Source of the DNA: Podarcis gaigeae | Lineage: Eukaryota | Assembly: GCA_964106915.2 (NCBI GenBank) | Contig: OZ066915.1 | Length of the DNA stretch: 64,000 nt | Reading direction: 5' to 3' (one strand) | Shown here: piece after piece, positions 41,959-54,995 of the stretch | How the letters are laid out: the number at the start of each line of letters is the position of its first letter | Numbering within the stretch: the first letter of the stretch is position 1 | The notes under the pieces: model-generated | Told to the model about the DNA's origin: nothing | The model's database searches: none | Seen by the model: the letters and a program-made list of their open reading frames with translations, nothing else | Position numbers and translations under genes: made by a program

Positions 41959-42888
41959 ATCTCCTATAGTTACATGTACTTTAAGCAAGAAGTTGATGGC
42001 TATGTCCTGTTGTCTGTGAGTTTCCAATAGCATATGAAAGCCTAGGGAGAAAGCTGGCCTGATCAAAGATGGCTCCTGCCACTAACTTGAGATTAGAGGT
42101 GTCATTGACAGCAAGAATGGGGATTGTTAAGACTTTGGAGGCAGACACCTCACCAGATGTTTTCTTCTGCCAATTGTCATTGCTTCTGTCTTCCCTAGAT
42201 TGAGCTCCAAGAGATACTGCTCCTATCTCCATCTTAGTCCTGAGTAGACTGCACCATCTGGGTTAGGTGTAAAAAGAATCGTAGAATTGCATGCCATTCA
42301 CTCTTTTCATAAGAAACTCTGAGCACTATACTGTATGATGCGCCATCCATGCATATAGGTTGAGCTGCATGGATGGTCAACTTGATCCACAGCGTGGGCA
42401 GTTGCAGTGGAGCACAACTTGCTCTTCCAGCTGTATGAGAACAGAATCACAGAACTCTTGATACTATCTGCAACACCAAGATCGTTGTGGCATGGCTTTA
42501 AGTCATAGTTTTAACGGGCAGTTGAAATTTCAGGATATATGCTGTCTATAGTATAGTTTGTACATGCTATAATATTTGGTGACTTTATTTTGCTTGGCTA
42601 TCAACTACAGACACTGTAGTCTGAGTATCTATGGCACAGTGCTTTTTAAAACACTCACTTATTGGCATTGCTTGCAGACTTTCAATGTAGCAGCATAATA
42701 TAGCTGCCATGATCATGGGCACCCCCATATCACTACAGAAGACCTTGTATAAAACAACACATTATGACGGTGCAATAGCTTGACCTCAGGACCATGAATG
42801 TACCACATAATGGTATGCACATACACTGATGCAAGCTTGGTTTCAGCAATGTATTATATTAACTAACTGACTAACTTGTATATTGCAG

Positions 42889-43280
42889 AGAAATGGTGCC
42901 CTGTTTGGAAATCATGTAAACCATGTTAGCAATGATACAAGGGATTCATTTCAGCAGATCAATACCACGCACCGTCCCCTGCATGTCCAAAGGCCTTCAA
43001 TTCCATCTGCGGTTGAGACTACCGAGAAAAATGTGCCTCCTCCAGCAGGAAACTCCTTATTCCACAACCACCATAGTCATCATAGCCATCATAACCACAA
43101 CTCTGTAGGGAAGCATGTTCCAAACTCAACAAATGCTAACCTCAATAATGCCAACATGTCCAAAGTGGCTAATGGAAGACACACAAGTGGTGGAAGTCAT
43201 GAGTACATATCTGAAACTGGGCATCGTTCCCACTCCAGAAGTGATCGTCATGAAAAACGTAGAAGATCTGCCAATAGGAG
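42889..43280 (+). CDS. CACNA1D: CACNA1D exon 43 (long form): [13 protein letters not shown]...KRRRSANR
   Basis: ttgcag|AGA...AG|gtaaat, 392 nt, corresponds to ORF 42883..43284. Confidence 0.96.
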
Positions 43281-43382
43281 GTAAATCTGAAATACAGTGT
43301 TTGGGTTCAGACCATTCTATATCCCAGTCACATTGTTGTACATTGTTGTACAACACATTGTTGTACATGAACTAATCAAATA

Positions 43383-43596
43383 CAGTCATACCCGGGGTTC
43401 CAGACGCTTCAGGTTGCGTTTTTTCGGGTAACGGACCCGCCAAAACCCGGAAGTACCGGAACGGGTTACTTCTGGGTTTCAGTGGTTGCGCATGTACAGA
43501 AGCGCCAAATTGCAACCTGTGCGTGCACAGACGTGCTGCTGCGGGTTGCAAATGTGCATCCCGCACGGATCACATTCGCAACCCAAGCGTCCACTG
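43383..43596. mobile_element. Tc1/mariner-pogo-type MITE
   Basis: TA-cagt...actg-TA ends with imperfect TIRs, CpG-rich interior with internal inverted repeats. Confidence 0.75.
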
Positions 43597-44093
43597 TAGT
43601 AGGTTTGGGGTTTGTTTGTTTTTTACAAAAAGGTGCATACCATTTTCATTCCTTTCAGTCTTTGAATAAAAATTTGGCTGCTTTTTGACCACTTATCCTT
43701 GATTATCTCACTGGCCTGGATTCATTTTATAGATTACTTGAAACTTGTATTTCAGTATATAGCTTGCATTTAGCTTTTTATTCAGCTACATGTTCTGATT
43801 CAGTTGGCTACCTGATCCAGCAAATGCCCATGAGAACTATCTTACTGTGGTGAAGAGAATTGGATCAATTCAACAGATACAAGCATTAATAGCATGTTCT
43901 GCTCTACAGTTCATTATGTCAAGAACTAATTTCAAATTAGTGTTTCTTTTTTATTAAAGTAGCATAACTTAAAATATATTTCGGGGGTGGGGTGTTGCAG
44001 ATAAATTTATTAAACAAGTACCTTACTATCACCAGTTCATGAATGCTAATTATACTTCTTTTCTCCTTCTACATTGTTTCCCCTCTTGGATAG

Positions 44094-44120
44094 ATCTCGC
44101 TATTATGAAACTTACATTAG
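44094..44120 (+). CDS. CACNA1D: CACNA1D cassette microexon 44 (27 nt): (R)SRYYETYI(R)
   Basis: Long pyrimidine tract, gatag|A TCT CGC TAT TAT GAA ACT TAC ATT AG|gtaagt, symmetric phase 2. Confidence 0.92.
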
Positions 44121-45193
44121 GTAAGTAAATACAGTGTGAAGCTCTTGGCAAAAGGGTATTGACATGCCCAGATACAACCGAGCATGCTTTTAAAAATTAT
44201 TTCAAACCACAGCAAAAGCAACATGAGTTGTGATACTCACATTGGGGTAATTATAAACTGGGGGGCCCATAAGAATTTCTCAGAACATTATGGGCATCAT
44301 GAGAAAGAATAATTATTAAGACTATTCCAGTTCATGAGTATTAAACTACTGTGGGTATCCAAATGTGTGAAAGGGGTAACAAGAATATGCACACCAGGCA
44401 TGCTTCCATGACGCTGACATCTGCATCAGCCCCACTGTGGCTGCTGCATGTTCAGCGTCAGACTGAAGAGGGCCTGAAACTATTATTTGGGCATAACTTG
44501 AACCTTAAAAAGGAATGGGAAAGCAGAGAGCTGCATGCGACCCACAGCCCAATTTCATGCAGGTGGCAAGGGAAGAAAAATGAGGGAAAGGTGGTGGCAG
44601 AGGGGGAAGGGAGGGAGAGGGGATGTCCTTTGGTTCTGGTCCCACCCATCACTTGCTACAGCACCACCCACTGCCAAGATGTAGCTCCTGACAGATTACC
44701 TCCCTTTCAACAGAAAAATAGTTTCTCTGGCCATGAAATACAGGAAAATACTAGAGACGTATGGCTTATTCTTGAACCAAATGAAAATAAAGCAGTTGTC
44801 CTCATAACCTTAAGTGTTTTATATTCCTAAAGTAAGATCATTGACACCCAAACTTTGTACAGTCAGACTTGCTTCGCCCTAACTAATAATAGTTTTTTCT
44901 TCTCATGAATGCTATAATAAAAGCAACGAGAACCTTTTTTTACTTCGCTAAATTCTAAAACCATGTGTGTTATCTTTTAAGATGACATTAGAAAAGCATA
45001 CCTGAAGCGAAAGTCCACAGTGATAGGCATTAGATCACATTTCTGCTACAGTGATTTATGCATAGGTGTAAAAGACAAGACAGCGATGTTTCCAAAGAAG
45101 GGAAATTTGTGAAAAGTGCAGCTACAACAATTTATGTCAACATTGTTCCTTCAAGAAATTAGGCCTTGCCAAACATCTATGTCCTATCTGTAG

Positions 45194-45343
45194 GTCAGAA
45201 TCTGGGGATAGACATCTACCCACAATTTGCCGAGAAGATCATGAAATTCGAGATTATTATAATGATGATTGCTACTTGGATGATCAGGAATATTTTAGTG
45301 GTGAAGAATATTATGAAGAAGACAGTATGCTGTCAGGAAGCAG
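45194..45343 (+). CDS. CACNA1D: CACNA1D exon 45: [49 protein letters not shown]
   Basis: ctgtag|G TCA...AG|gtaaga, 150 nt. Confidence 0.95.
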
Positions 45344-45761
45344 GTAAGATTGCTAGTCTTTATTGAGAAAACAGTTTTGTATATACCTAAATCAATTATG
45401 AAGATAATTTTATGTTCTATATAGCAAAGAAAGAAAAACTATTTTAATGTGCTATTGGAGTTCTGTAATATGCAGGGAGCCCACACAGATGGAAAAGACT
45501 TCCTATTTCAGAATTTACCCTGAACACACAAGGAGCCAGCAAATTGTTAGTTATGTAATTTATTGGTGTGTTTTTTACTGCCTGGGATGGAGGGAAGGCA
45601 GTTGTGGCAGTTGAAGTACTATGATAACTTACAAGTCCTTACATACTCTGCACTTTGATTTTTGTGGGGAAGGGCACTATTTGCTACTCCAACTTGAGAC
45701 AGCAAAATGTCCTGGGCTATTCCTGTATGACGGGCATTTATCATCTGTTTCTTTACCGCAG

Positions 45762-45925
45762 GTATACATATGACTATCCCAGTAGATATCACTGTAATGA
45801 TTTGGACTTCGAACGGCCAAAGGGTTACCATCACCCACATGGTTTTTTTGAGGAAGATGACTCCCAGACGTGCTATGATTCAAAAAGATCTCCGAGGAGG
45901 CGGTTGCTACCTCCAACACCCACAC
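45762..45925 (+). CDS. CACNA1D: CACNA1D exon 46: [54 protein letters not shown]
   Basis: ccgcag|G TAT...C|gtgagt, 164 nt, proline-rich RRLLPPTP motif. Confidence 0.96.
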
Positions 45926-46269
45926 GTGAGTACAACTGAGAAAGTTGACTTCATTATATGGACATACGCTTGGTTTGCTACAGGACCTGTGGATGTCTCT
46001 TGGCCCCATGGTATCAAAATTATTCTACTCACCATAAACAGTCAGAAACCAGAGGCAACTCATTCACAGAATAACACTGTTGCGATGGTTAACGAACAGA
46101 GAAAATAGTCAATCGGCTATGGAATTTATTCTGGACACTTATTCCACCATCCAGTCCTTTAACTGAAAACGGGTTACTGAAGTTCTTTAACAGTCAGAAT
46201 TAGAATTGATCCAGATTGATCTATACTTTCCAGATTAGCATTTGAAATCTACCCTCTGTTACCAAAACA

Positions 46270-47930
46270 GCATTCATTTATGGAGTTATTTTTTAACTGC
46301 CCTTCACCCCAACACCACAAGACAGGTTACATTTAGGACAATACCATCACATAAACATGCATAATTAACAAACCATAGAAAAGCAACAAGAGCATAGAAC
46401 AGATACAACTAGCAACACCATTTAAAGGGAGGACAAAAAAATAATATCCTATTTCACTTCCAAAGGCCAGAGGAAACAGGTTTATCTTAAGCAAAAGATG
46501 CAAAGAGGGAGTTCCACAGTTTTGGGGTCATCACAGAGAAGGCCCTGTTTAAAACTACTGGACCTGTGAGGTGGCAATACCAAGAGAACCACTTCTGCTA
46601 ATCTCAATACTTGAGCTGGCATAAATAGGAGGAGGCTATATTTGGAGTGTAGGACTAATGCAAACACCTTGAATTGGCCTCAGAAACAGACGAGCAACCA
46701 GAGGAGATGTTTCCAAACAGATGTAATATGAATCCTTGCAGCCATATTAGACATTTTTCTGACTTCCACATTCTGTGCCAGTTGCAGCTTCCAAACCTTT
46801 TCCAAGGGCACCACCACATAGAGTACACTGCAACAGTCCAATCTGGACACTATTGGAGCATGGAGTAAAGTGAGCAAGTGATTTCTTCAGGAGGAGCCAT
46901 AGCTGGCTAACCAGCTGTAGCTAGAAATAGGCACTCCTAACTACCAAGGCGGGACGCAGGTGGCGCTGTGGGTTAAAGCCTCAGCGCCTAGGACTTGCTG
47001 ATCGAAAGGTCGGCGGTTCGAATCCCTGCGGCGGGGTGTGCTCCTGCTGCTCGGTCCCAGCGCCTGCCAACCTAGCAGTTCGAAAGCACCCTTAAGTGCA
47101 AGTAGATAAATAGGGACCGCTTTCTAGCGGGAAGGTAAACGGCGTTTCCGTGTGCGGCTCTGGCTCGCCAGAGCAGCGATGTCACGCTGGCCACGTGACC
47201 TGGAAGTTTCTCCGGACAGCGCTGGCCCCTGGCCTCTTGAGTGAGATGGGCGCACAACCCCAGAGTCTGTCAAGACTGGCCCGTACGGGCAGGGGTACCT
47301 TTACCTTTACCTTTAACTACCAAGGCCACACAGGCCTCCAGCGACAGCACTGCATCCAGCAGTGCCCCCAGCTACACCATTGGTCATTCTCATCCAGAAC
47401 AGGTTGCCTCACCACTTCCCGGGCTTGGGAACTTCGAACACGTAACACTCCTGTCTTGTCTGGTTTCACGTTCAGTCTCTTGGCTCATGTTCAGCCCATT
47501 ACTGTATCCAGGCACTGGCCTAGCTACTGAAATGTCTCTCCTGATTCAGATGGTGCACAGAGAGCGCTATATGTTATCCACACATTGATGGCACCTCACA
47601 CCAAAACTCCTGATGACATTTCCAAGAGCATAGTTGTTAAAAAAAACCATGTGGAACAGAATGGAGCCCTCTGGGATGCCGTGCCATAGGTCAATCCCCC
47701 CCCCCCAGTGGCAAGCAGTAGCTTCAGTTGTGTTTTCTGTAACCAACCCTAAAGGTAGGGATGGAACTGCTGAAATACAGTGGTTAGTGCAGGAGAATAC
47801 CATGGTCTACAGTGGTCAAAATCCAAAGAGAAGTCAAGGAGAATGAGCAGGGTTGCACTCTTTCCCAACAAAGGCCATCAACCAGCACAACAAAGGCAGT
47901 TATGGTACCATGACATACACTACCCAAAAA
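46270..47930 (-). mobile_element. Degenerate L2-clade LINE (RT domain to 3' end), interrupted by a SINE
   Basis: HGIPEGSILFHM...LGNVIRSFGVRCHQCVDN (decayed GVPQGS and YADD motifs) and HAPIVSRLDCCSVLYVVVPLEKVWKLQLAQN. Confidence 0.85.
46951..47313 (+). mobile_element. Full-length Sauria-type SINE (young subfamily) nested in the L2
   Basis: Near-identical to 6381-6743, 13-bp TSD TAACTACCAAGGC (46938-46950 / 47314-47326). Confidence 0.93.
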
Positions 47931-48174
47931 TGGAACTTGAAGTCTAGAAATGAGAGCCTAAAGCTTAAGGAATTCTGCAGAAAATTGATACACCTTGTCA
48001 GGAAACCCTTCCCTCCTAAGAGATACAATTAACGTGATCCAAAATAAACTTGTTACTGTAAAAAAAATAGTGTCATGTAACTTTTTGCTGTTTTGGACCC
48101 AGACTGCAACATGAAACCAGACAACAGGATCACTTCCTTTGCTGTGTATTTGCTGTGAAGTTACAATGCCGTTA

Positions 48175-48516
48175 GGGACACGGGTGGTGCTGTGGGTTAA
48201 ACCACAGAGCCTAGGGCTTCCCGATCAGAAGGTTGGCGGTTCGAATCCCCGTGACGGGTGAACTCCCTTTGCTCGGTCCCTGCTCCTGCCAACCTAGCAG
48301 TTCGAAAGCATGTCAAAGTGCAAGTAGATAAATAGGTACTGCTCTGGCAAGAAGGTAAATGGCGTTTCCATGTGCTGCTCTGGTTCACCAGAAGTGACTT
48401 AGTCACGTTGGCCACATGAGCCAGAAGCTGTCACTGGCTCCCTCAGCCAGTAAAGCAAGATGAGCGCCACAACCCTGCGACTGGACCTAATGGTCAGGGG
48501 TCACTTTACCTTTACC
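48175..48516 (+). mobile_element. Sauria-type SINE (older subfamily)
   Basis: Head, B box, ACCTTT tail, TSD acaatgccgtt / acaatgctgtt. Confidence 0.9.
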
Positions 48517-49695
48517 ACAATGCTGTTTAGCTTCCCTTTGCTAGTTGTGAAATAGATTTGCAACAAACCAACAGAAACAATAGCCCAATTAAATGTGATT
48601 CTGTTCTAAGGCTTAGTATTATAAGAATAAGCCACAACAAACCTCAGGGAAGTGATGAGAAAATATATTAAAAGGTGTGGGATAACAATTACTTGACACA
48701 ACAAATAAGGATGCTCAGTAAACTCATCAACTGGAAACAACCATAATGCTAAACCTTGGTTTAGAGTTACATGCAAACCAAGCCATAGATGAGGCCTGCA
48801 TCTTTGTTTCTATCTTGTTTCTATCCTATTTGCCTCACCCCTGGGGGTAACATAATCTAAGGTTCAATGCTGGAAGACTTAAGGTTGCTATGCACAAGAA
48901 GGAAACATTGTCAGATGCAACATGTGACAGGTGCGATTTGAATTTTGAGATCACAAGGAAGTGAATTAGTGTTGCATTTGTTCCTGGAGAAGCAAACTTT
49001 CCCTTATATACACAGGCTTATAGTACTGATACAAATTAAATAAATACTACTGTTATTCGGTGACTTACTTACCGGCACATGTCTTGTCCTTTTCACTCCC
49101 TCTGTTAACATAATTGCCATGGGCTTCTTGATTAGGGATACCGGAGAAGGATGAAATTAACTCAAGGAAAAATCAGTTGTAAAGAAGGTTTCCTAAATTA
49201 CTTAATTCACACCCAGCATGATACATTATTTTGCATCATGATTTTATATTGGTTATCTCAGCTGTGCGATCTAGGACACTGTCTTGGGTTTCTGTCAACA
49301 CTTTTGAGACATAATTGGCCTTTCAATGTGTTTTCTTCAAAGTGTCAAAAAACAAAACAAAACCCCACACCATTAAAGCTGTGGTTTTTATTGAGTGTAA
49401 TGTAATTTTGCATTATCACACTTCCCTCCTTGGGCCAGGCAGACTGCCTTGGAGAGTTATCAGAACTTTGGATTTTATGGATTATTAGCCTTTGCAGCCT
49501 GACACTTCAAAGATCAATCTGTCTATCCTAATTGTAATACCAGAAAATGACCTAATTGTAGCTAGCAATCAGTAAGTTACTCCTTAAGACAACCCAAAAC
49601 TATTTGCCACCTTTCCTGCAATTGACTAGTAGTTGCTCCTCTTGAAACTGTCTCCAGAAAATAGTAATCACCAATTCAATCTTTTCATGTTTCAG

Positions 49696-49817
49696 CAAAT
49701 CGCCGCTCTTCCTTTAATTTTGAATGCCTCCGCAGACAGAGCAGTCAGGATGAAATCCCACTATCCCCCACTTTTCACCACCGCACTGCTTTGCCCCTGC
49801 ATTTAATGCAACAGCAG
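49696..49817 (+). CDS. CACNA1D: CACNA1D exon 47: [40 protein letters not shown]
   Basis: tttcag|CA...CAG|gtgagt, 122 nt, PKA-type RRSS/RRQS motifs. Confidence 0.96.
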
Positions 49818-52183
49818 GTGAGTTAAAACACAGTGTTCACACTTTAGTTGCAGAATTCTATGTTTGATGTGTAATTTTATGCCACTTCTTTGGAATATGC
49901 CAATACTGGCAACACTCAGGGTGATGAAAGATAGGAATCCCTTTCCAAGTGTTCTGAATAGAACACGTGAAGAGAGAAGAGCCTGCCTGGGCATGCTAGC
50001 TCCACATCCGGTCCCTGTCACCTTCTGGGTGTTCCAAGACAACCGTTTGTGGGGAGGAAGCCTCCTGTACTCATGGAGGCTCCTGTGCCTTTTGAAACTG
50101 GAAAAATCAAGGCTCCCCAGTGCATATACATAGTTAGGGCAGGCAATCTCTCTCAAACACATGGAGGTGTGATAGCAAGGATGGATGGATGGTGGGAGGA
50201 TGTTAGCTGCCTTAAGCCCCATTCTAAATGCCCAACTAGGGATTTTGTAAGGTCACCAGCACGTTAAAACTCCTGAGAGCTCAGCTTTCTGGATCCTGAA
50301 TTGGGAGAGAAAAACATGACTGCAGGGGAATGGGAAGGGTGCTCCTATGCCTCTAGACTATTTTTCAGCAACTGTTTCTTCACCAAGTCCGGTCTCAGGA
50401 GGAAAAAATGGTCCTGATGGGCAAGACAAAGAGCAATTTGGATCCTTAAAGGGTTTGGTAAGCAACTCATACTTCCCTGGTTAGTTACAAAAGGTCAGAT
50501 TCAACTAAGTTGCTGTACCAGCAGAAGCCAGCTAGCTCAGTGGAGCTCCCCCTCACCTTTCTTCTTCCTGCGCGCTCCCCAAATCCCAACCCCAGAGTAG
50601 CATACAGAGGGAGGAGAGAGATCAGTCCATTTGGCAAGGAAAAACACTTGTGCTAACAGAACAATCTCCTTAGCACGACATGGAATTCCTCCCTTACAAC
50701 TTTTGCAAGTTACGATCAGCTATGTCTACAATCCAATAATGCTTCTACTGAAGAATGGTGTATGTTGCATTTTGATGGGTTTTTCTGGGGCTGACATTAA
50801 ACAGCAAAATCTGGCTTTATGCATTTTCCCTTGGAACTAAGTCCCACTGACTCAGGGGGCTTAATCTCATGTAAGTGGGCATAAGACTGCAACCCAATCC
50901 TATGTGTGGTTGCTCAGAAGTAACAGGAGTTGGTTGTACTGAGAGCGTGTCCCAAAGTTAAACAATTGGTCTCATGCTGTAGTTGCAAAGGTTGAGTAGC
51001 TTGGCAAAAAGTTCTGTATTTCAGAGACGGGAAACCTGTGACCAACCAGATGTTGTTGGACTCCATTAGCCCCCAGCCAGCTTGGGCAATGTTCACAGAC
51101 AATGGGAGTTGCAGTTCAGCAACAACTGGAGAGTGACAGCTTCCCTATCCCTGATCTATTTATTTCTGCAAACATTCAGTAGAAGTTGCTGTAATTTATT
51201 AGGACACTGCATCCAGCGCATTTTTAATACTAATGCTTTTTCTTCCCCAATATTAGGTCACATTAAAGGCTCATCCAGACTTCCTTTTGTGCCACACAGA
51301 TCTTCACTGCATCTGAGCCCTTTTTCTTTTAGCCCTGAAGCTTTCCCTATGAATCGGAACAAATGCAAATATATAGACAACCTGAATTCCCATTTGTTCT
51401 GATTCAGCATCAAATTTTCCTATTTCCTGTAGCTTTAAAGTGTGGAGCTACACTTGGAAAGTGTGGGGCCAAAGGTTAGTGTGGATGAGCCCCAAGTCTT
51501 GAATACTGGGTTCAGTTATGCCTATTTTGCACCATTCCATATTCAAAAATATGAACACTGGGTAACACTGCCAGGATCTGTTTCAGAGTTTCTTGCTGTC
51601 CGAAGTGCTTACACAGGATGGACCTCAGTCACGCAGCCAAAGAGTTACAGCACACTGGTTACTCCCTTAGCTGAGACTTGGGTGCCACAGTTCAGCGCAC
51701 AGCTAGGCACATTAAGTCTCATCGCAATCAGTGGAAGTTAAACACAATATAATTCTGGACTATGGCCAGTATTTTAACCCAGCACAACTTCAGGGTTGTT
51801 AAAAGTTTCCAATATATTTCCTGGCAACCCCAAAATGCAGTGAGCTTTAAGCCATCTTTCACATGTTTTGTTGAGAGAACAGAGAAGTAATAAATCAAAG
51901 TTCTATGCTCGCTCTCTCACGCACACACGCTCTCTCACGAACACCCCTCCTGTTTGTTTAACACATTCATTGTCCACCATGTTCATAAATGCAAATCATA
52001 AGTAAACTGAACAATGGCATGGTTCATTCTTCACTCTTCAATCTAAAAACAAACAAATGTCTGATTGAACACCTTAACTGGCTGGAGATGACAAGTGTGG
52101 TTACTGGCTGAAACTACTTTGCATGTGATCTGCTACTGCCTTCATAAATCTGTGGGTGTATTAGCTTTTAATCTCTTCTTCAG

Positions 52184-52504
52184 GTCATGGCTGTTGCAGG
52201 TCTGGATGCCACTAAAGCTCACCGGCATTCCCCCAGCCGTTCAACACGTTCCTGGGCCACACCACCAGCTACCCCACCCAACCGTGACCATACTCCTTAT
52301 TATACGCCTCTTATCCAAGTGGACCGAGCAGAATCAACGGAACATATGAACGGCAGCCTCCCGTCTTTGCATAGGAGCTCCTGGTACACAGATGATCCCG
52401 ATATTGCCTATCGGACATTTACGCCAGCTAATTTGACTGTACCGAGCGACTTTAGGCATAAGCATAGTGACAAGCAGAGAAGTGCGGATAGTTTGGTAGA
52501 AGCG
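52184..52504 (+). CDS. CACNA1D: CACNA1D exon 48: [32 protein letters not shown]...[11 protein letters not shown]
   Basis: cttcag|GTC...GCG|gtaagt, 321 nt. Confidence 0.97.
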
Positions 52505-52793
52505 GTAAGTGCTTTGAGCTCCTGTTTTTAGCTGCATGGTGTTACTTAAGTCGTTTTAGAAAACAAAGGCTTACCTGCCATTACACATACTTAAATCGCT
52601 AGAGGCCACAAACAGCAGAGATAGCTTTGTTCCATCTACAACACATAAGGACATTCGAGAGATTTGCCAGCCATGATCACTAGCCCTGCAATAGGCTGTG
52701 AAGAGCAGGAAGATGATCAAGAAGGTTGCTGCATTTCCAAGGCAAACCAACAACAACTGATGTTTCAAAAGGCCCCAGATGGAATCCTAAAAC

Positions 52794-52946
52794 CATAGAA
52801 TCAGAGTTGGAAGGGAGCCCCAAGGGACATCTAGTCCAACCCCCTGCAATGCAGGAATCTCAACTAGAGCATACATGACAGGTGGCCATCCAACCTCTGC
52901 TTTCAAACCTCCAAGGAAGGAGTGTGCACCACCTTCCGAGGAAGTC
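52794..52946 (-). mobile_element. CR1 LINE 3' end
   Basis: catagaatc (reverse complement of the ATTCTATG tail) followed by gagttggaaggg...atctagtccaacccc. Confidence 0.75.
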
Positions 52947-53446
52947 TTGACAGAATCAGATGAGATGCCTCAAATGATTTCAAATGTTGTCTGGGAGCAG
53001 CCACAGCTTGCAGTGTCTACTTAAAAGGCTGGGTGGTGGGACTGAGGAGGAATTCCCACTGTCTCTGCGTTTGGTAGTGATAGAGTTCAGAGCAGAAGAG
53101 GGTTGAAGTATTGCTACTCCACGCCCCTCAAAATCTGAGGCTGATGGGAAGACACAGATTATGCAGCAGTGATGTTATCAGGTGCACGTTGCTAATTTGG
53201 TTACAGAAGCCTAATTTGGTTACAGAAGGCTCATTTGCTTACAGAAACATCCCAACATATTAAATAAAGAAACAGGTGGCTTTTTGTTTTGTTTTATGAG
53301 AAGGCTGTTTTATGAGTTTTGCCAGATAAGGAAGGAACACTGATACAGTAACAGCAGTGTCACTTAGGGAATTGCCAAAGCAGCAAAGAAACAAGTGCAA
53401 GACCATATTCTGCCTTTCCACCCTGCATGGACATATTCTTTATTAT

Positions 53447-53550
53447 GGTAAAGGTAAAGGTAAAGGTAAAGGGACCCCTGACCTTTAGGTCCAGTCGTAG
53501 CCGACTCTGGGGTTACGGCGCTCATCTCACTTTATTGGCCAAGGGAGCTG
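53447..53550 (-). mobile_element. 5'-truncated Sauria-type SINE (3' ~100 nt)
   Basis: (GGTAAA)n followed by the reverse complement of the SINE 3' body. Confidence 0.85.
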
Positions 53551-54701
53551 GATATTTTGTCTTTTTCTGTTAAATCAGAAGATTGTTTAGGACAGGCACT
53601 CCCTGATGCTTTGGGGGGAGCATGTTCACTTCACCTGTTACCTGTTCCCCATGGATGAGAACCCAAGGCAAAATGACTGAGGACTGGTTTAAGCCAAGGT
53701 GCAGAACCTCCACCCCCACGAAGCCGTTTCTCCCAAACCTTGCCCACCATCAAAAGTCACTTGTATAATCAGTTGAAAATCCTATGTTGGCTGTTTCAAG
53801 CTACAAAAGGGGGGCATGCAGCCCTAAAGCAGCAGGATTTAACACCCTGCTCGGCTGACAATGGGGGGGGATGTGTGTGTTAAATCCTGCACAGCTTGGC
53901 GGGTTTCATACAAGCACCTTCCCGTTTCGGGAAGGGGCTTACATGGAATCTCTTGCTACAACAAAGGCTTTTTCCTCTGTTGTAAAAACGGATTCAGAAA
54001 ATGATTTGCATCAGAATTTCCTGCAAAGATGAAGGGGGGAGATGTTCATTTTAGCAGCACTTTGCAAGGTACACCTGATGTCATTGTGATATCAGGTGAT
54101 TCACAAATGGGTAGATCGCCCATCTGTCATATTTGCCCCATGAGGACAATCCCCAAAAGGATCTGGCCTGTGGAGACAAAACTATTTTCCCCACCCAATT
54201 TAAGCTATATCCTCCCTATGTGCCATACTGTTTCATGTCAACTTTTGTCCCATTGTGTCTACAAAATAGGACAGAAGCTGAAAGCCGCCAATACTAACTA
54301 GACAACATAGTTTGGCTGCATTCTTTATCCATTTACAGGAAGAATCACGTAAGATAGAGTGACTTTGATTACAACTATGGACTCCAGAATTTCTCTGAAA
54401 ACATTAGTGTATTCCAGGTGGCCCTCAGTCATGCATCATCCCAACTCCTCTCCTAGCTTCATCAGAATGTCACTTACAAACTCAGCCACACACAGCTTAT
54501 GGGGAAGGCCTTCTTTACACAGTTGTGGGACAATTCAATATCTAGGGAGTAGATTTTCAGAAGGCACTTGAAATAAAAATAATGCAACATAAAAAGGTTT
54601 GCACTTTCTAAAATGAATTGAAGTATTGAAGCTTTGTCACTGTTTGCTTTTCATTTCTTATCCTAAGTGCCAAATTAATGTTTATAGTATTACTTTCTCA
54701 G

Positions 54702-54995
54702 GTACTTATATCTGAAGGATTAGGACGGTATGCAAAAGACCCGAAGTTTGTTTCTGCTACGAAACATGAGATTGCTGATGCTTGTGACATGACTATTGAT
54801 GAAATGGAAAGTGCTGCGAGTAATCTTCTCAATGGGAACATTAGCAATGGAGCCAATGGTGACATGTTCCCCATTTTAAATAGACAAGATTATGAACTTC
54901 AAGACTTTGGTCCTGGCTATAGTGATGAAGAGCCAGAAACTGGTAAATATGAAGAAGACTTAGCTGATGAAATGATATGCATTACGACCTTATAG
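54702..54995 (+). CDS. CACNA1D: CACNA1D last coding exon 49 (DCRD 'DEME', PDZ ligand ITTL, stop TAG)
   Basis: tctcag|GTA CTT ATA TCT GAA...ATT ACG ACC TTA TAG: [17 protein letters not shown]...[12 protein letters not shown]. Confidence 0.98.
   Translation, partial: VLISEGLGRYAKDPKFVSATKHEIADACDMTIDEMESAASNLLNGNISNGANGDMFPILNRQDYELQDFGPGYSDEEPETGKYEEDLADEMICITTL

Noticed and set aside
53192-53246. Short ~19-nt tandem repeats (also near 31562-31650 and 43331-43368) as CRISPR-like or functional arrays
   Set aside because: Two to three adjacent degenerate units without spacers in eukaryotic intronic DNA, consistent with ordinary slippage duplications.
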